A DNA stretch of 64,000 nucleotides from an uncultured bacterium (GTDB lineage Bacteria > Zixibacteria > MSB-5A5 > UBA10806): positions 1-64,000 of the forward strand of contig CBEUCH010000011.1 of the NCBI GenBank assembly GCA_965541585.1, written 5' to 3'. The translations under genes and the position numbers were made by a program. Shown piece after piece: positions 17,517-27,511 of this stretch (the stretch's first letter is position 1; each line of letters starts with the position of its first letter). The notes beneath the pieces were generated by a model, which ran no database searches, had not been told where the DNA came from, and saw nothing but the letters and a program-made list of their open reading frames with translations.

Positions 17517-18812
17517 ATGAGGAAGGCGAAAAAATATCTGCTGGCCACGCTTGGCTGTCCCAAGAACGAGGTTGATTCGGAGGCGATCGAGGTGGACCTG
17601 CTGGCCGCCGGTCTTGCGCGGGCCGAAAATGTGGATTCCGCCGATCTGGTGATAGTCAATAGTTGCGGCTTTATAGACGATGCCAAGGTAGAATCTCTCG
17701 ATACCTTATTTGAGCTTCATAGTCGACGAAAAAAAGGCTCGATTCTGGTGTTATGCGGTTGCCTGCCGGCTCGATACAGTCTGAGCAAGTCTTTGAGCGA
17801 AGTCGATATATTCCTGCTATGGAATGAGCATCACGCTTTAATCTCCCGACTTAACGATCTGGGCTGGCAGCTTGATGGTTCGGTTTGTCCGATAAAGCGA
17901 ATAAAACCGCCCGGGCAGTATGGATATTTGAGAATCTCGGAGGGTTGTGATAATCGTTGTTCCTATTGTGCCATCCCCAATATAAAGGGTCCTTTTGCGA
18001 GCCGGCCGGAAGCGGAAATAGTGAAAGAAGCCGAATTTCTCTGCTCTGGCGGTGTTAAAGAATTGATCTTGATCGGGCAGGATACGACAATGTATGGCAG
18101 AGATAACGGGAATTCCAGAGCCCTGCCATCGTTACTTGACCGACTGGTCAGCATAGACGCTTGTGAATGGATTCGGTTAATGTATGTCCATCCCGCCCAT
18201 CTGGATGACGATACTATCAATGCTATAGCGGCACATGAGAAGATTGTAAAATATATCGATTTGCCGCTCCAGCATATCAACGACAGGATATTGTTGTCGA
18301 TGAATAGGAAAATCGATCGCAGGGGAATTCTTGCCTTGATAGAGAAGCTTCGTTCGAAAATTCCTGGGATCTCACTCCGGACAACATTCATAGTCGGATT
18401 TCCGGGGGAAACCGACCGGGACCTTCGGGAGCTTCTCGATTTCTGTGAGGAGATTCAATTCGACAACATGGGAGTTTTTAAGTATTCTCCCGAGGATGGT
18501 ACCCCCGCCGAGAAATTTGCCAGCCAGGTGGATAAGGATATAATAGAGGAAAGATACTTGACTCTTATGGACCTGCAGAATAAGATTTCGCACGATAAAT
18601 CGGGAAGCCGTCTCGGGCGGACAGAAAGAGTGCTTCTGGATGAGGTAGAACGGGACGGAACCGGCCATGCCCGGGCCTGGTTTCAAGCGCCGGAGGTCGA
18701 TGGGCAGGTTATCGTGGAGGATTGTCGGACGGATGCTGTGGGTTTCGTGAAAGTTAAATATGAGGATTTCGATTCGTATGATTTGATCTCTTCGATCATT
18801 GAATATGGTTAA
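17517..18812 (+). CDS. rimO: Ribosomal protein S12 methylthiotransferase
   Basis: LGCPKNEVDSE, NSCGFI, radical SAM CDNRCSYC, LRTTFIVGFPGET and APEVDG. Confidence 0.95.
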   Translation: MRKAKKYLLATLGCPKNEVDSEAIEVDLLAAGLARAENVDSADLVIVNSCGFIDDAKVESLDTLFELHSRRKKGSILVLCGCLPARYSLSKSLSEVDIFLLWNEHHALISRLNDLGWQLDGSVCPIKRIKPPGQYGYLRISEGCDNRCSYCAIPNIKGPFASRPEAEIVKEAEFLCSGGVKELILIGQDTTMYGRDNGNSRALPSLLDRLVSIDACEWIRLMYVHPAHLDDDTINAIAAHEKIVKYIDLPLQHINDRILLSMNRKIDRRGILALIEKLRSKIPGISLRTTFIVGFPGETDRDLRELLDFCEEIQFDNMGVFKYSPEDGTPAEKFASQVDKDIIEERYLTLMDLQNKISHDKSGSRLGRTERVLLDEVERDGTGHARAWFQAPEVDGQVIVEDCRTDAVGFVKVKYEDFDSYDLISSIIEYG

Positions 18813-18823
18813 GGAGTCCCGCT

Positions 18824-19483
18824 TTGGATATGAGTAAGAGTGGTAAAAGTTCAGCGATTGTTTTCTCCAGGTCTATAGGTATTGCTTTTCTGGTGCTGTA
18901 TACCCTCCAGCTGTTTGCCATTATCTGGCTGGTATGGATTTATTACGATCAAAGAGTATTGATAGGCGAGCAGGACAGGCGTATCGAAGAGCTGGAGAGA
19001 AAGCTTAAGATTCTGGATATAATCGAGAACTATCAAATCGGCTTTTCCGAGGACGAAATAGGCACGCTGGCAGGTGCGGTAATAGATGAAAGCGAAAAAC
19101 TGGGGCTGGATCCACTTTTGGTTCTGGCCGTTATCCTGACTGAGAGCTCATTTAAGAGGGGTCAGCGCTCGCATATGGGCGCCGTCGGGCTGATGCAGGT
19201 CAAGCCGTCCATAGGAGAGGACGTGGCCGTCAGATGGAAGATCGACTGGCCGTCTCCGGAGGCGTTGAAAGATCCCGCGCTAAACGTCAGGATAGGGACA
19301 ACCTATTTATTCGAGCTCATATTGAAATTCGGAGATATCAAGAATGCGATTATTGCGTATAATCTGGGGGAGACCGTGACGAGGGAGTACCAGATTTATG
19401 GCGTTGCTCCACCGGCGCGCTACTACAGGAAGGTGAGATACAACTACTTAAGGCTTCGGAGACAGTTTGAAGATTTCAATTAA
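18824..19483 (+). CDS. Lytic transglycosylase (SLT domain), membrane anchored
   Basis: LVLAVILTESSF, GAVGLMQV, NVRIGTTYL and AYNLG motifs; N-terminal TM helix. Confidence 0.88.
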   Translation: MDMSKSGKSSAIVFSRSIGIAFLVLYTLQLFAIIWLVWIYYDQRVLIGEQDRRIEELERKLKILDIIENYQIGFSEDEIGTLAGAVIDESEKLGLDPLLVLAVILTESSFKRGQRSHMGAVGLMQVKPSIGEDVAVRWKIDWPSPEALKDPALNVRIGTTYLFELILKFGDIKNAIIAYNLGETVTREYQIYGVAPPARYYRKVRYNYLRLRRQFEDFN

Positions 19484-20078
19484 CCTGATAGCGGCCCTCG
19501 TATCCGTGGTCATCTGGCCGATAGCAGCGTCGGCTCAGAAGATGATACTCACCAACGAGCAGGTGGTCATATCATCGGTGCGGGAAGCCGCCGAAAGGAC
19601 GATGCGGGGGCAAAAATTCGACAGGATTCAATTGACTATAGCGAAATCCGGAATCGACAGGCCCGTATCAAATGGGATCGCGGAGGCACTAAGGTCGCTG
19701 GGGGCCGAAGTATTTGTTGACGCTATCGCCGGGGAATCAACTAATAACCTCACTTACGACGTATTGGGCTTCGATTTTGACTACGAGAAAGGCACCTCGC
19801 GGGGTTTTTTGAGGAAGCCAATGATAAAAAGAGAGTTCGCAGCAAGGCTTCGGATTACTATGAGTAGATCAGTCGAGGGCTCTATACTTGGTTTTGAAGA
19901 GATTGCTGTGAGCTATGTTGACAATATAGACCCGAGATTCGCGGATCTGGTCAAAAGTCGGGATATACCCGAACTGGCGCCGGATCTGCCGAGCTCAGGA
20001 TGGACGAAGATCGCTGAGCCTGTAATTGTAACTGCGGCAATAGGCGGATTGGTCTATTTATTCTTTGCGAATAGATGA
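19467..20078 (+). CDS. Hypothetical exported protein with a C-terminal TM anchor
   Basis: Signal peptide and a C-terminal EPVIVTAAIGGLVYLFFANR helix; sits in operon position between slt and bamD. Confidence 0.65.
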   Translation: MKISINLIAALVSVVIWPIAASAQKMILTNEQVVISSVREAAERTMRGQKFDRIQLTIAKSGIDRPVSNGIAEALRSLGAEVFVDAIAGESTNNLTYDVLGFDFDYEKGTSRGFLRKPMIKREFAARLRITMSRSVEGSILGFEEIAVSYVDNIDPRFADLVKSRDIPELAPDLPSSGWTKIAEPVIVTAAIGGLVYLFFANR

Positions 20079-20085
20079 GGTGAAA

Positions 20086-20850
20086 ATGCAACGCATCGGC
20101 TTTATTCCTGTTACAGCAATATTGATATTATGCGTATTATCCTGTTCCCGCGGAGGGCTGAAGGAGCAAGAGTCACCCCGGGACCAATACAATGGGGCTA
20201 TGGAGCTTTATGAAGAGGGAAAATTTTTCAAGGCTCAGGCTCGACTTCAGGGATTGATATACAGCTTTCCAGGACAGACTTTTATTGATACGGCTCAGTA
20301 TTATCTGGGGATGTCGCTGTTCAACATGGAAAACTACCCCGAAGCCGTGGGAGAATTCAGGCGGCTGCTGGCCACTTACCCTATCTCGCCATTCGCGGAT
20401 GATGCACAGTTTCAATTAAGCATGTGTCATTACGAGCAATCGCCTAAGTATTCGCGCGACCCGGATGAAACGTTCAGAGCTATCGACGAATTCACGGAAT
20501 TTCTGAACAGGTATCCGCAAAGTCCGCTGGTGCCCGAGGCGCGAGACAGAATAAACGAGATGTATGATAAGCTGGCGCGGAAGCTATTCAAAAACGGCGA
20601 ACTCTATTTGAAGCTGAATGCTTATGAGCCGGCCCTTCTGTATTTCGACATGATCCGGGATAATTACTCCGGGACCGAATGGGCCGAATATGCGCTATTT
20701 TACTCCGGCGTGGCACTGATGAAATTGGATCGGGAATCCGATGCGCTCCAGACGTTCCAGGATTTTGTGATGGCCTTTCCGGATCATAAGTTATCGAAAA
20801 AGGCGAGAAAAAATATAGAGAAATTGCAATTGAGCGCCGACGGAGGCTGA
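20086..20850 (+). CDS. bamD: Outer-membrane protein assembly factor BamD
   Basis: Lipobox VLSC, TPR repeats, and a YSRDPDETFRAIDEF / YPQSP pattern. Confidence 0.88.
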   Translation: MQRIGFIPVTAILILCVLSCSRGGLKEQESPRDQYNGAMELYEEGKFFKAQARLQGLIYSFPGQTFIDTAQYYLGMSLFNMENYPEAVGEFRRLLATYPISPFADDAQFQLSMCHYEQSPKYSRDPDETFRAIDEFTEFLNRYPQSPLVPEARDRINEMYDKLARKLFKNGELYLKLNAYEPALLYFDMIRDNYSGTEWAEYALFYSGVALMKLDRESDALQTFQDFVMAFPDHKLSKKARKNIEKLQLSADGG

Positions 20851-20853
20851 AAC

Positions 20854-21435
20854 TTGTCCCGTATCGGTATATTGGGGGGCACGTTCGATCCGCCGCATAA
20901 CGGGCATTTAGCCATAGCGGAAGCGGCCATTCGCAAGCTCATTTTAAAAGAGATTATTTTCATTCCGGCCAAAACTCCGCCGCATAAATCCAGCCGGAGG
21001 ATATCATCCCAGCAGGACAGGCTGGCCATGCTCAAACTGGCCGTGGGTGGAAAAGAGAAAATTATGATATCCGAGATAGAATTCGAGCGGCAGGGGCCGT
21101 CCTATACCGTTGATACTCTTGCCGAATTAAAAAAGGGAAATCCCGACGATGAATTCTACTTTCTGATTGGAGCCGATAACGTCTCGGAGATGGAAAGCTG
21201 GCATCAGCCGGAGAGGATCATGGATATGGTTAAGGTGGTGGCTGCCGGCAGGCCCGGTTTTTCCGCCGCAGGTAAGTTCTCAGCCATGATTGAATCGTTC
21301 GATATGACCCCGGTGAATATATCATCGACATTAATCCGTGAGAAGGTGAAATCCGGTCTGTCGATTTCGGGACTGCTGCCGCCGGCCGTGGAGGAGTATA
21401 TTCTAAAACGGAATCTCTATAAAACCAATGAGTAA
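20854..21435 (+). CDS. nadD: Nicotinate-nucleotide adenylyltransferase
   Basis: GILGGTFDPPHNGH, SYTVDTL, FLIGAD and ISSTLIR. Confidence 0.95.
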   Translation: MSRIGILGGTFDPPHNGHLAIAEAAIRKLILKEIIFIPAKTPPHKSSRRISSQQDRLAMLKLAVGGKEKIMISEIEFERQGPSYTVDTLAELKKGNPDDEFYFLIGADNVSEMESWHQPERIMDMVKVVAAGRPGFSAAGKFSAMIESFDMTPVNISSTLIREKVKSGLSISGLLPPAVEEYILKRNLYKTNE

Positions 21436-24115
21436 GCTGATTCTTATCGATGGTTCGGGGGTTGCGTATCGCAGTTATTACGCGTTCATCAGGAATCCTC
21501 TTATCAATTCCCGCGGAGAGAACACCGGGGCCGTTTTTGGCTTTGTTAATTCAATGAATAAAATAATCAGTGATCTCAAGCCCGATTATCTGGCCGTAGT
21601 GTTCGATACGCCGCAGCCGACATTCCGTCATAAGATCTATCCGGAATACAAATCGACCCGCGCCAAGACCCCCGACGAACTGATAGCTCAATTTCCCTGG
21701 ATCGACCAGGCGATAGAAGGTTTCAATATAACCACCATTCGTATGGACGGCTATGAGGCGGATGATATTATCGGCACCCTGTCGGTCAAAGCCGCCGCCC
21801 GCGGGATTGAAGTTCTCATGTTCACGGGAGATAAGGATTTTTATCAGCTGGTGACCGAGAGAGTCAAGATACTTCATCCCAGAGAATTCGAAATTATGGG
21901 TCCCGAGGCGGTGAAGGAGAAATTCGGCGTTCCCCCCGACAGGGTAGTCGATACCCTGGCATTGATGGGCGATACCTCCGACAATATCCCGGGAGTGCCC
22001 GGAGTCGGACCAAAAACGGCAGTCTCGCTCATAGAGGAGTTCGGGGATTTCAACAAGGTTTTAGAGGATGGCCCTCAAAAGAAAAAGGGGAAGATAGCCG
22101 GCGCATTAAAGGATTATAAGGAGCAAGCGAAGCTCTCCTACGATTTAGTAACCATCAAAACCGATTGCCCTATAGAGCTTGAACTGGGTGAACTGACTTT
22201 GAGTGAACCGGATAATATGGCCCTTGTAGAACTGTTTCGACGGCTTGAGTTGAGAGGCCTGGCGAAAAAATATGCCCTGCCGGAGGCTGAATCGCTTTTT
22301 AAGGAGGGGGAAGACAAACCTCCTGCGGATTATAAAACCGTAAAGAGCTTATCCAATCTGGATAAAATCCTGGCTGAGGTTGAAAAACTCAAAGAAGTCG
22401 CCGTAGATACCGAGACATCATCGTTATCGTCCCTGGAGGCGCGTCTCGTAGGAATATCGTTGTCATACCGGGAGGGAGAGGGATTCTATATTCCGTTGGG
22501 ACACGAAACAGGGAAGAACCTTCCAATGCAGGATGTTCTTGAAAGATTTTCAAAGCTTTTTGAATCGGACGTGAGAATCGTGGGCCAGAATATCAAATAC
22601 GATCGACAGGTGTTCAAGAATCACGGAGTTTATATCGACAAGCCCCACTTCGATACGATGGTAGCCTCCTATCTGATTAACCCGGGGGGGAGAGGATATA
22701 ACCTGGAGAACATGGCTCTGGAGCATTTCAATTACAGGATGATGCCGATTTCAGATTTGATCGGATCCGGCAAAAAGCAAATCAATTTCGCCAGGGTTGA
22801 TATTGAAAAGGCGACTTTTTACGCTTGCGAGGACGCCGATTTCACGCTGCGATTGAAAAAAGCACTGGAGCCGACTATAAGAGAGTTGAAACTCGAACAG
22901 CTTCTTCATGAGATCGAGATGCCGCTGGTGGCCGTACTGGGAGATATGGAGGAAACCGGTGTAAAGATCGATAGTGAATTATTAGGAGGGCTATCAAAAG
23001 ATTTTGATCGGAAGCTCAAGGATGTGGAAAAGGCGATTTTCGAGGAATCAGGTGAGAAGTTCAATATAAACTCGCCCCGGCAGCTTGGAGAAATCTTATT
23101 CGATAAGCTAAACCTGAAATCCACGCGCCGAACTGCCAAGGGCGGTGCCCGGTCGACATCGGTGGATATTCTCCAAAAGCTGGCCGAGATTCACCCTGTT
23201 CCCAGAATGGTGCTGGAGTATCGTCAATTGATGAAGCTGAAATCGACCTATATCGACGCTCTTCCGGCAATGGTCAATTCCCATACGGGCAGAGTGCACA
23301 CCAGCTTCAATCAGACTATTGCGGCCACGGGCCGGTTGTCGTCATCCGATCCGAATCTGCAGAATATTCCGATCCGCACGGAAGAGGGACGTGAGATCCG
23401 GCTTGCGTTCATCCCCGCCGGCGATGATTATAAGATTCTTTCCGCAGACTATTCTCAGATCGAACTAAGGATCATGGCACATTTCGCCGGCGATAAGACT
23501 ATGATCGAATCGTTCAAATCCGATGAGGATATTCATCGCAGGACCGCAGCCGAGGTGTATGGCGTGGATTTAGAGGATGTCACCGATGACCAGCGGCGGG
23601 CGGCCAAGACGGCTAATTTTGCGATCATATACGGAGTAACTGCTTACGGGCTTTCGCAGCAATCGGAACTGTCCCTGGGCGAATCGAGAGATTTCATCGA
23701 CGTTTATTTTGAGCGGTATCCTGGAATTAAGAAATATATGGAAGATATAAAGAAATTTGCCCGGGAAAACGGATATGTATCGACCTTGTTCGATCGGAGA
23801 AGGTATCTGCCCGACATCAACGCTAAGTCAGTACAGGCCAGGCAGTTTGCCGAGAGGACTGCGATCAATACGCCGATACAGGGCACTGCCGCCGATATGA
23901 TAAAGATCGCCATGATCAGGATAGCCGATGCCATAAGAGGCATGAAATCTAAAATGATATTGCAGGTTCATGACGAACTGGTGTTCGATGCACATTTCGA
24001 TGAGTTGGATCGACTGAGCGAAATTGTCAAGCGGGAGATGGAAGGTGCCGTCAAGTTGAAAGTACCGATAAAGGTAGATATGGGTACTGGAGACAACTGG
24101 CTGGAGGCCCATTGA
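21428..24115 (+). CDS. polA: DNA polymerase I
   Basis: 5'-3' exonuclease (EADDIIGT, GDTSDNIPGV), 3'-5' exonuclease (DTET), and polymerase motifs (TGRLSSSDPNLQNIP, ADYSQIELR, LQVHDEL). Confidence 0.98.
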   Translation: MSKLILIDGSGVAYRSYYAFIRNPLINSRGENTGAVFGFVNSMNKIISDLKPDYLAVVFDTPQPTFRHKIYPEYKSTRAKTPDELIAQFPWIDQAIEGFNITTIRMDGYEADDIIGTLSVKAAARGIEVLMFTGDKDFYQLVTERVKILHPREFEIMGPEAVKEKFGVPPDRVVDTLALMGDTSDNIPGVPGVGPKTAVSLIEEFGDFNKVLEDGPQKKKGKIAGALKDYKEQAKLSYDLVTIKTDCPIELELGELTLSEPDNMALVELFRRLELRGLAKKYALPEAESLFKEGEDKPPADYKTVKSLSNLDKILAEVEKLKEVAVDTETSSLSSLEARLVGISLSYREGEGFYIPLGHETGKNLPMQDVLERFSKLFESDVRIVGQNIKYDRQVFKNHGVYIDKPHFDTMVASYLINPGGRGYNLENMALEHFNYRMMPISDLIGSGKKQINFARVDIEKATFYACEDADFTLRLKKALEPTIRELKLEQLLHEIEMPLVAVLGDMEETGVKIDSELLGGLSKDFDRKLKDVEKAIFEESGEKFNINSPRQLGEILFDKLNLKSTRRTAKGGARSTSVDILQKLAEIHPVPRMVLEYRQLMKLKSTYIDALPAMVNSHTGRVHTSFNQTIAATGRLSSSDPNLQNIPIRTEEGREIRLAFIPAGDDYKILSADYSQIELRIMAHFAGDKTMIESFKSDEDIHRRTAAEVYGVDLEDVTDDQRRAAKTANFAIIYGVTAYGLSQQSELSLGESRDFIDVYFERYPGIKKYMEDIKKFARENGYVSTLFDRRRYLPDINAKSVQARQFAERTAINTPIQGTAADMIKIAMIRIADAIRGMKSKMILQVHDELVFDAHFDELDRLSEIVKREMEGAVKLKVPIKVDMGTGDNWLEAH

Positions 24116-24161
24116 TGATTTTGTCTTCGGTACGCAAGCGATTATCCAGAGTTGAAACCTG

Positions 24162-24785
24162 ATGTCGATTATCGGGCTGACAGGAGGGCCGGGGACGGGT
24201 AAGTCGCTGGTGGCAGAATACCTCGAGGAACGGGGAGCGATCATACTCTCCGGTGATGATGCCGGGCGCGAGGTCGTTGGAGGCATCCCAATAGTTAAAA
24301 AGCGGCTTGTAAATGCCTTTGGAGATTCAATATTAAGGGATGACGGCTCGCTGGATAGAAGACTCTTGGGGCGGATGGTGTTCGCTGATCCTGCAGCCAG
24401 AGGGAAGCTAAACAGGATTGTCCATCCCCATCTTCTTAAAATCCTCAAGACCTGGATTAAGAAACGCCGAATGCGTTCTTCGAAAAAGCTTATCGTGGTC
24501 GATGCCGCCCTGATATTCGAATGGGGAATAGCCGACTGGTTCGATTATATCCTGGTAGTTTCCGCCACGAGAGACCAGCGGTTAAAACGAATGATAAACT
24601 CCGGCCTGAGCAAGAAAGAGGCTGCAGCCCGGATAAGCTCGCAAATCCCCCAGCGGACAAAGGTCGCCCTGGCGGATCATGTCATCGAGAATAACGGCAG
24701 CAAGTCGACATTGAGGAAAAAAGTGAATGAGTTTCTGGATCTCCTGCAGCGGGCCGAACAAGAGAGTGGCGGAATGATTTCATGA
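24162..24785 (+). CDS. coaE: Dephospho-CoA kinase
   Basis: IIGLTGGPGTGKS, LDRRLLG..VF, IVHP and ADHVIENNG. Confidence 0.93.
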   Translation: MSIIGLTGGPGTGKSLVAEYLEERGAIILSGDDAGREVVGGIPIVKKRLVNAFGDSILRDDGSLDRRLLGRMVFADPAARGKLNRIVHPHLLKILKTWIKKRRMRSSKKLIVVDAALIFEWGIADWFDYILVVSATRDQRLKRMINSGLSKKEAAARISSQIPQRTKVALADHVIENNGSKSTLRKKVNEFLDLLQRAEQESGGMIS

Positions 24786-25435
24786 AGACAGTATTAATCC
24801 TTTTGATATTGAGCAAATCAGCTTTGGCGGCCATACCCTGCGATAATGACGAAACGGTCTCTGATTTGCTGGAGAGGATTGAGAATTTCCGCTCGAAAAC
24901 GGAAACGGGAAAACTCGCGGGCCTGGTTAAATGTCTCTACGCTCCAGCCGCTCACTATGTAGATGAATATGATTCTTTTGCCTCGGAAGAATCTCTTGAG
25001 AGAATCCGGGACGAAACTCGTCAGGATCGCTTGAAGGTAATCAAGGTCCTGGTCCCTCTGTCGCGATCGGATGATTGGCTCCTGGCACAGGAGGCTGCAG
25101 CGGCGCTGGCCTATTATGGTTATCCTCCAGGTCAGGAGTTGTTGTCCAAATATCCTGACGGTCCGATCAAAGCCATATTCTATTCGATTCTCGGCTACGA
25201 GCGTTCACATCGCTGGGGCATCGATCAGTTCTGTCGACTTGACAGGCAATCAACGCCCGACAGCTCGGCCATGGTGGCAAAAATGACTTACCTCAATTTG
25301 CTATATCATCTGGCCTCGCCTGCAAGCCTGCCTTTCGTAAACAGCCTGATTGAATCATCGCAACCCGAAATGATAAGGGCCCGTGCGGAGCTTATCAGGC
25401 AGCGAATAATGACTCTGCATCCTGAAATTAAGTGA
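24782..25435 (+). CDS. Hypothetical exported helical (HEAT-like) protein
   Basis: ATGA overlap with coaE, signal-like N-terminus and helical AAAALAYYG segments. No family recognised. Confidence 0.6.
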   Translation: MKTVLILLILSKSALAAIPCDNDETVSDLLERIENFRSKTETGKLAGLVKCLYAPAAHYVDEYDSFASEESLERIRDETRQDRLKVIKVLVPLSRSDDWLLAQEAAAALAYYGYPPGQELLSKYPDGPIKAIFYSILGYERSHRWGIDQFCRLDRQSTPDSSAMVAKMTYLNLLYHLASPASLPFVNSLIESSQPEMIRARAELIRQRIMTLHPEIK

Positions 25436-25507
25436 AAGATACGTCCCTAATAGCGAGGGATGAAATCCCTTGCGGCAGAATCTAAAATAGATTAATTAGG
25501 AAACCTG

Positions 25508-26191
25508 ATGCATATCTGGGGTTATCTGGCCAACACCGTCACCGTGCTGACAGGATCGGGTCTCGGTTTACTCATTGGGACGCGGCCGCCGAAATCCGTA
25601 AAGAAAATCATATTATCGGGTCTGGGACTTTCGACTATCATAATCGGAACGCAGATGGCGCTGGAAACACAGAAGTTGATCTTGATCGTGGGATCGCTTG
25701 TGGGCGGAGGCATTATCGGGCAGATCGTGGGCATCGAAGAATGGTTGGAGAGGGTTGGGGAGAGGTTGAAAAGAAGGGTCGGATCCTCTTCATCGACGTT
25801 CGTTCTGGGATTCGTGACGGCATCGCTTCTGTTTTGTTCCGGTCCTATGACCCTGGTGGGTTCCCTGGAGGATGGTTTCGCCCGGAATGCGGATCTGATC
25901 TACATCAAATCGTTAATGGATGGTGCGGCGGCTATCGCCCTTACTGCCACGATGGGGATCGGTGTCATATTCTCCGCACTGACGGTTTTTATTATCCAGG
26001 GAACGCTGACCTACCTGGGTATGGCAGTAGGGGATTTTATGGGCCCCGGCGTAATGAATGAAGTAAGCGCGGTCGGCGGAGTTTTGATACTCGGCATAGG
26101 TTTCAATATTCTGGATATCGCTAAGATAAAAGTAGGTAATTTTCTGCCGGCGTTGATAGTGGCCGCTCTGTTGAGCCGGTGGCTGTTATGA
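25508..26191 (+). CDS. DUF554 (YdfK-like) membrane protein
   Basis: GFVTASLLFCSGPMTLVGS, KSLMDG and KIKVGNFLPAL. Confidence 0.9.
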   Translation: MHIWGYLANTVTVLTGSGLGLLIGTRPPKSVKKIILSGLGLSTIIIGTQMALETQKLILIVGSLVGGGIIGQIVGIEEWLERVGERLKRRVGSSSSTFVLGFVTASLLFCSGPMTLVGSLEDGFARNADLIYIKSLMDGAAAIALTATMGIGVIFSALTVFIIQGTLTYLGMAVGDFMGPGVMNEVSAVGGVLILGIGFNILDIAKIKVGNFLPALIVAALLSRWLL

Positions 26192-26231
26192 ATGGAACAA
26201 TTATCTCGTAAGTCAGGTTGAAGGAGGAACA

Positions 26232-27305
26232 ATGAGTCTCTCAAAGCTACTGGATGCAAGGCCGGAAAACATCAGGGAGAAACTTGGCTCTCGATCCAGG
26301 GTGTGCCTGCTCAACGGCCACGACGTTTTTAGAAATATTCGCGACGAAAAGATCATCGTCATGGCCTGCAACACCAGGATCAAGCATGCAATACCCGGTA
26401 TCATGAAAGCGGCCATGGAGAGCGATTCTCTGGTGGCGTTCGAGCTGGCCAAATCGGAGTCGGATCTTAAGGGCGGTTACACAGGGATGACGCCGCAGGT
26501 ATATTTCGAGACGTTGATCGCCTATGCTGAGGAAGTTGGTTTCGATCGGCCGTTTATCTTACATGGAGACCACCTGACGGTTAAGACCACGAATGAAGAT
26601 GAAATCAGGGCAACAGAGGAGTTAATCGCCGAACTGCTCAGAGCGGGATACACCTCATTCGCTCTGGATGCTTCATTCAATCTCGAGGATGACAATATCC
26701 GGATTACGAGTCGGATGGCAAAACCGATAGTGGAACGTGGATTCGGCCTGGAAACTGAGGTAGGCGAGATAAAATCTGTTGGCTCCACAGGCGAGATTAC
26801 TACCGTGGAGGAGGCCAGAGTATTTATAGAGGAACTTGTCAGCCAGGGAATAACTCCAGACCTTCTTGGTATAAACAATGGGTCTAAACACGGCAATTAT
26901 CTCGATGGAGAGGAGATCTCAATTGATCTGATGAGAACCGGAGAATGCTATGAAGCGGTAAAAAGCCATGGCGTCTGTATTGCCCAGCATGGTATAACGG
27001 GCACTCCTCTTCATTTGGTGGGTCGATTCGCCGATAATGGAATCAGGAAGGGGAATGTCGGCACCGAGTGGCAAAATGTCGTACATCGCCACCTGCCGGA
27101 GGATCTCATGCAGCAGATGAAATCATGGGCCGATGAAGCCGGGAAAGACATCAAGTTCGCCGCCAAACAATTTTACGGCGAAATCGCTGATATCCCGGCC
27201 AAGAACAAGCTGGCAATTGAGGACCATGCCAGGAAGACGGCAATCGGATATTTCGAAGCATTCAGAGCGGTTGGCTCCGCGAGCATGTTGGCGGCCAAAC
27301 TTTAG
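26232..27305 (+). CDS. fba: Class II fructose-bisphosphate aldolase
   Basis: LHGDH, DAS, ETEVGEI, GSKHG, QHGITG and KGNVGTEW metal-binding motifs. AGGAGG SD. Confidence 0.88.
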   Translation: MSLSKLLDARPENIREKLGSRSRVCLLNGHDVFRNIRDEKIIVMACNTRIKHAIPGIMKAAMESDSLVAFELAKSESDLKGGYTGMTPQVYFETLIAYAEEVGFDRPFILHGDHLTVKTTNEDEIRATEELIAELLRAGYTSFALDASFNLEDDNIRITSRMAKPIVERGFGLETEVGEIKSVGSTGEITTVEEARVFIEELVSQGITPDLLGINNGSKHGNYLDGEEISIDLMRTGECYEAVKSHGVCIAQHGITGTPLHLVGRFADNGIRKGNVGTEWQNVVHRHLPEDLMQQMKSWADEAGKDIKFAAKQFYGEIADIPAKNKLAIEDHARKTAIGYFEAFRAVGSASMLAAKL

Positions 27306-27511
27306 GGAGAATATGCTTGACAAATTTGATGATTTTACTATTTTTATGTTGCGAAAACGAAAGAAAGGGTCTGCCTATCGTATCTGGCTAAAAGATTTGT
27401 GTAAGTTTGGAGTTGACAGTAAGTTAACGAGCTTGATTACAGTCAACTGAACTGTTGTCTTCCGGCGAGGTAAGCCGGGAAGACTGAGCCCGAATATGAT
27501 GGGGAGACCCA

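Noticed and set aside
23828..24448. Antisense ORF (206 aa)
   Set aside because: Overlaps polA and coaE on the opposite strand.
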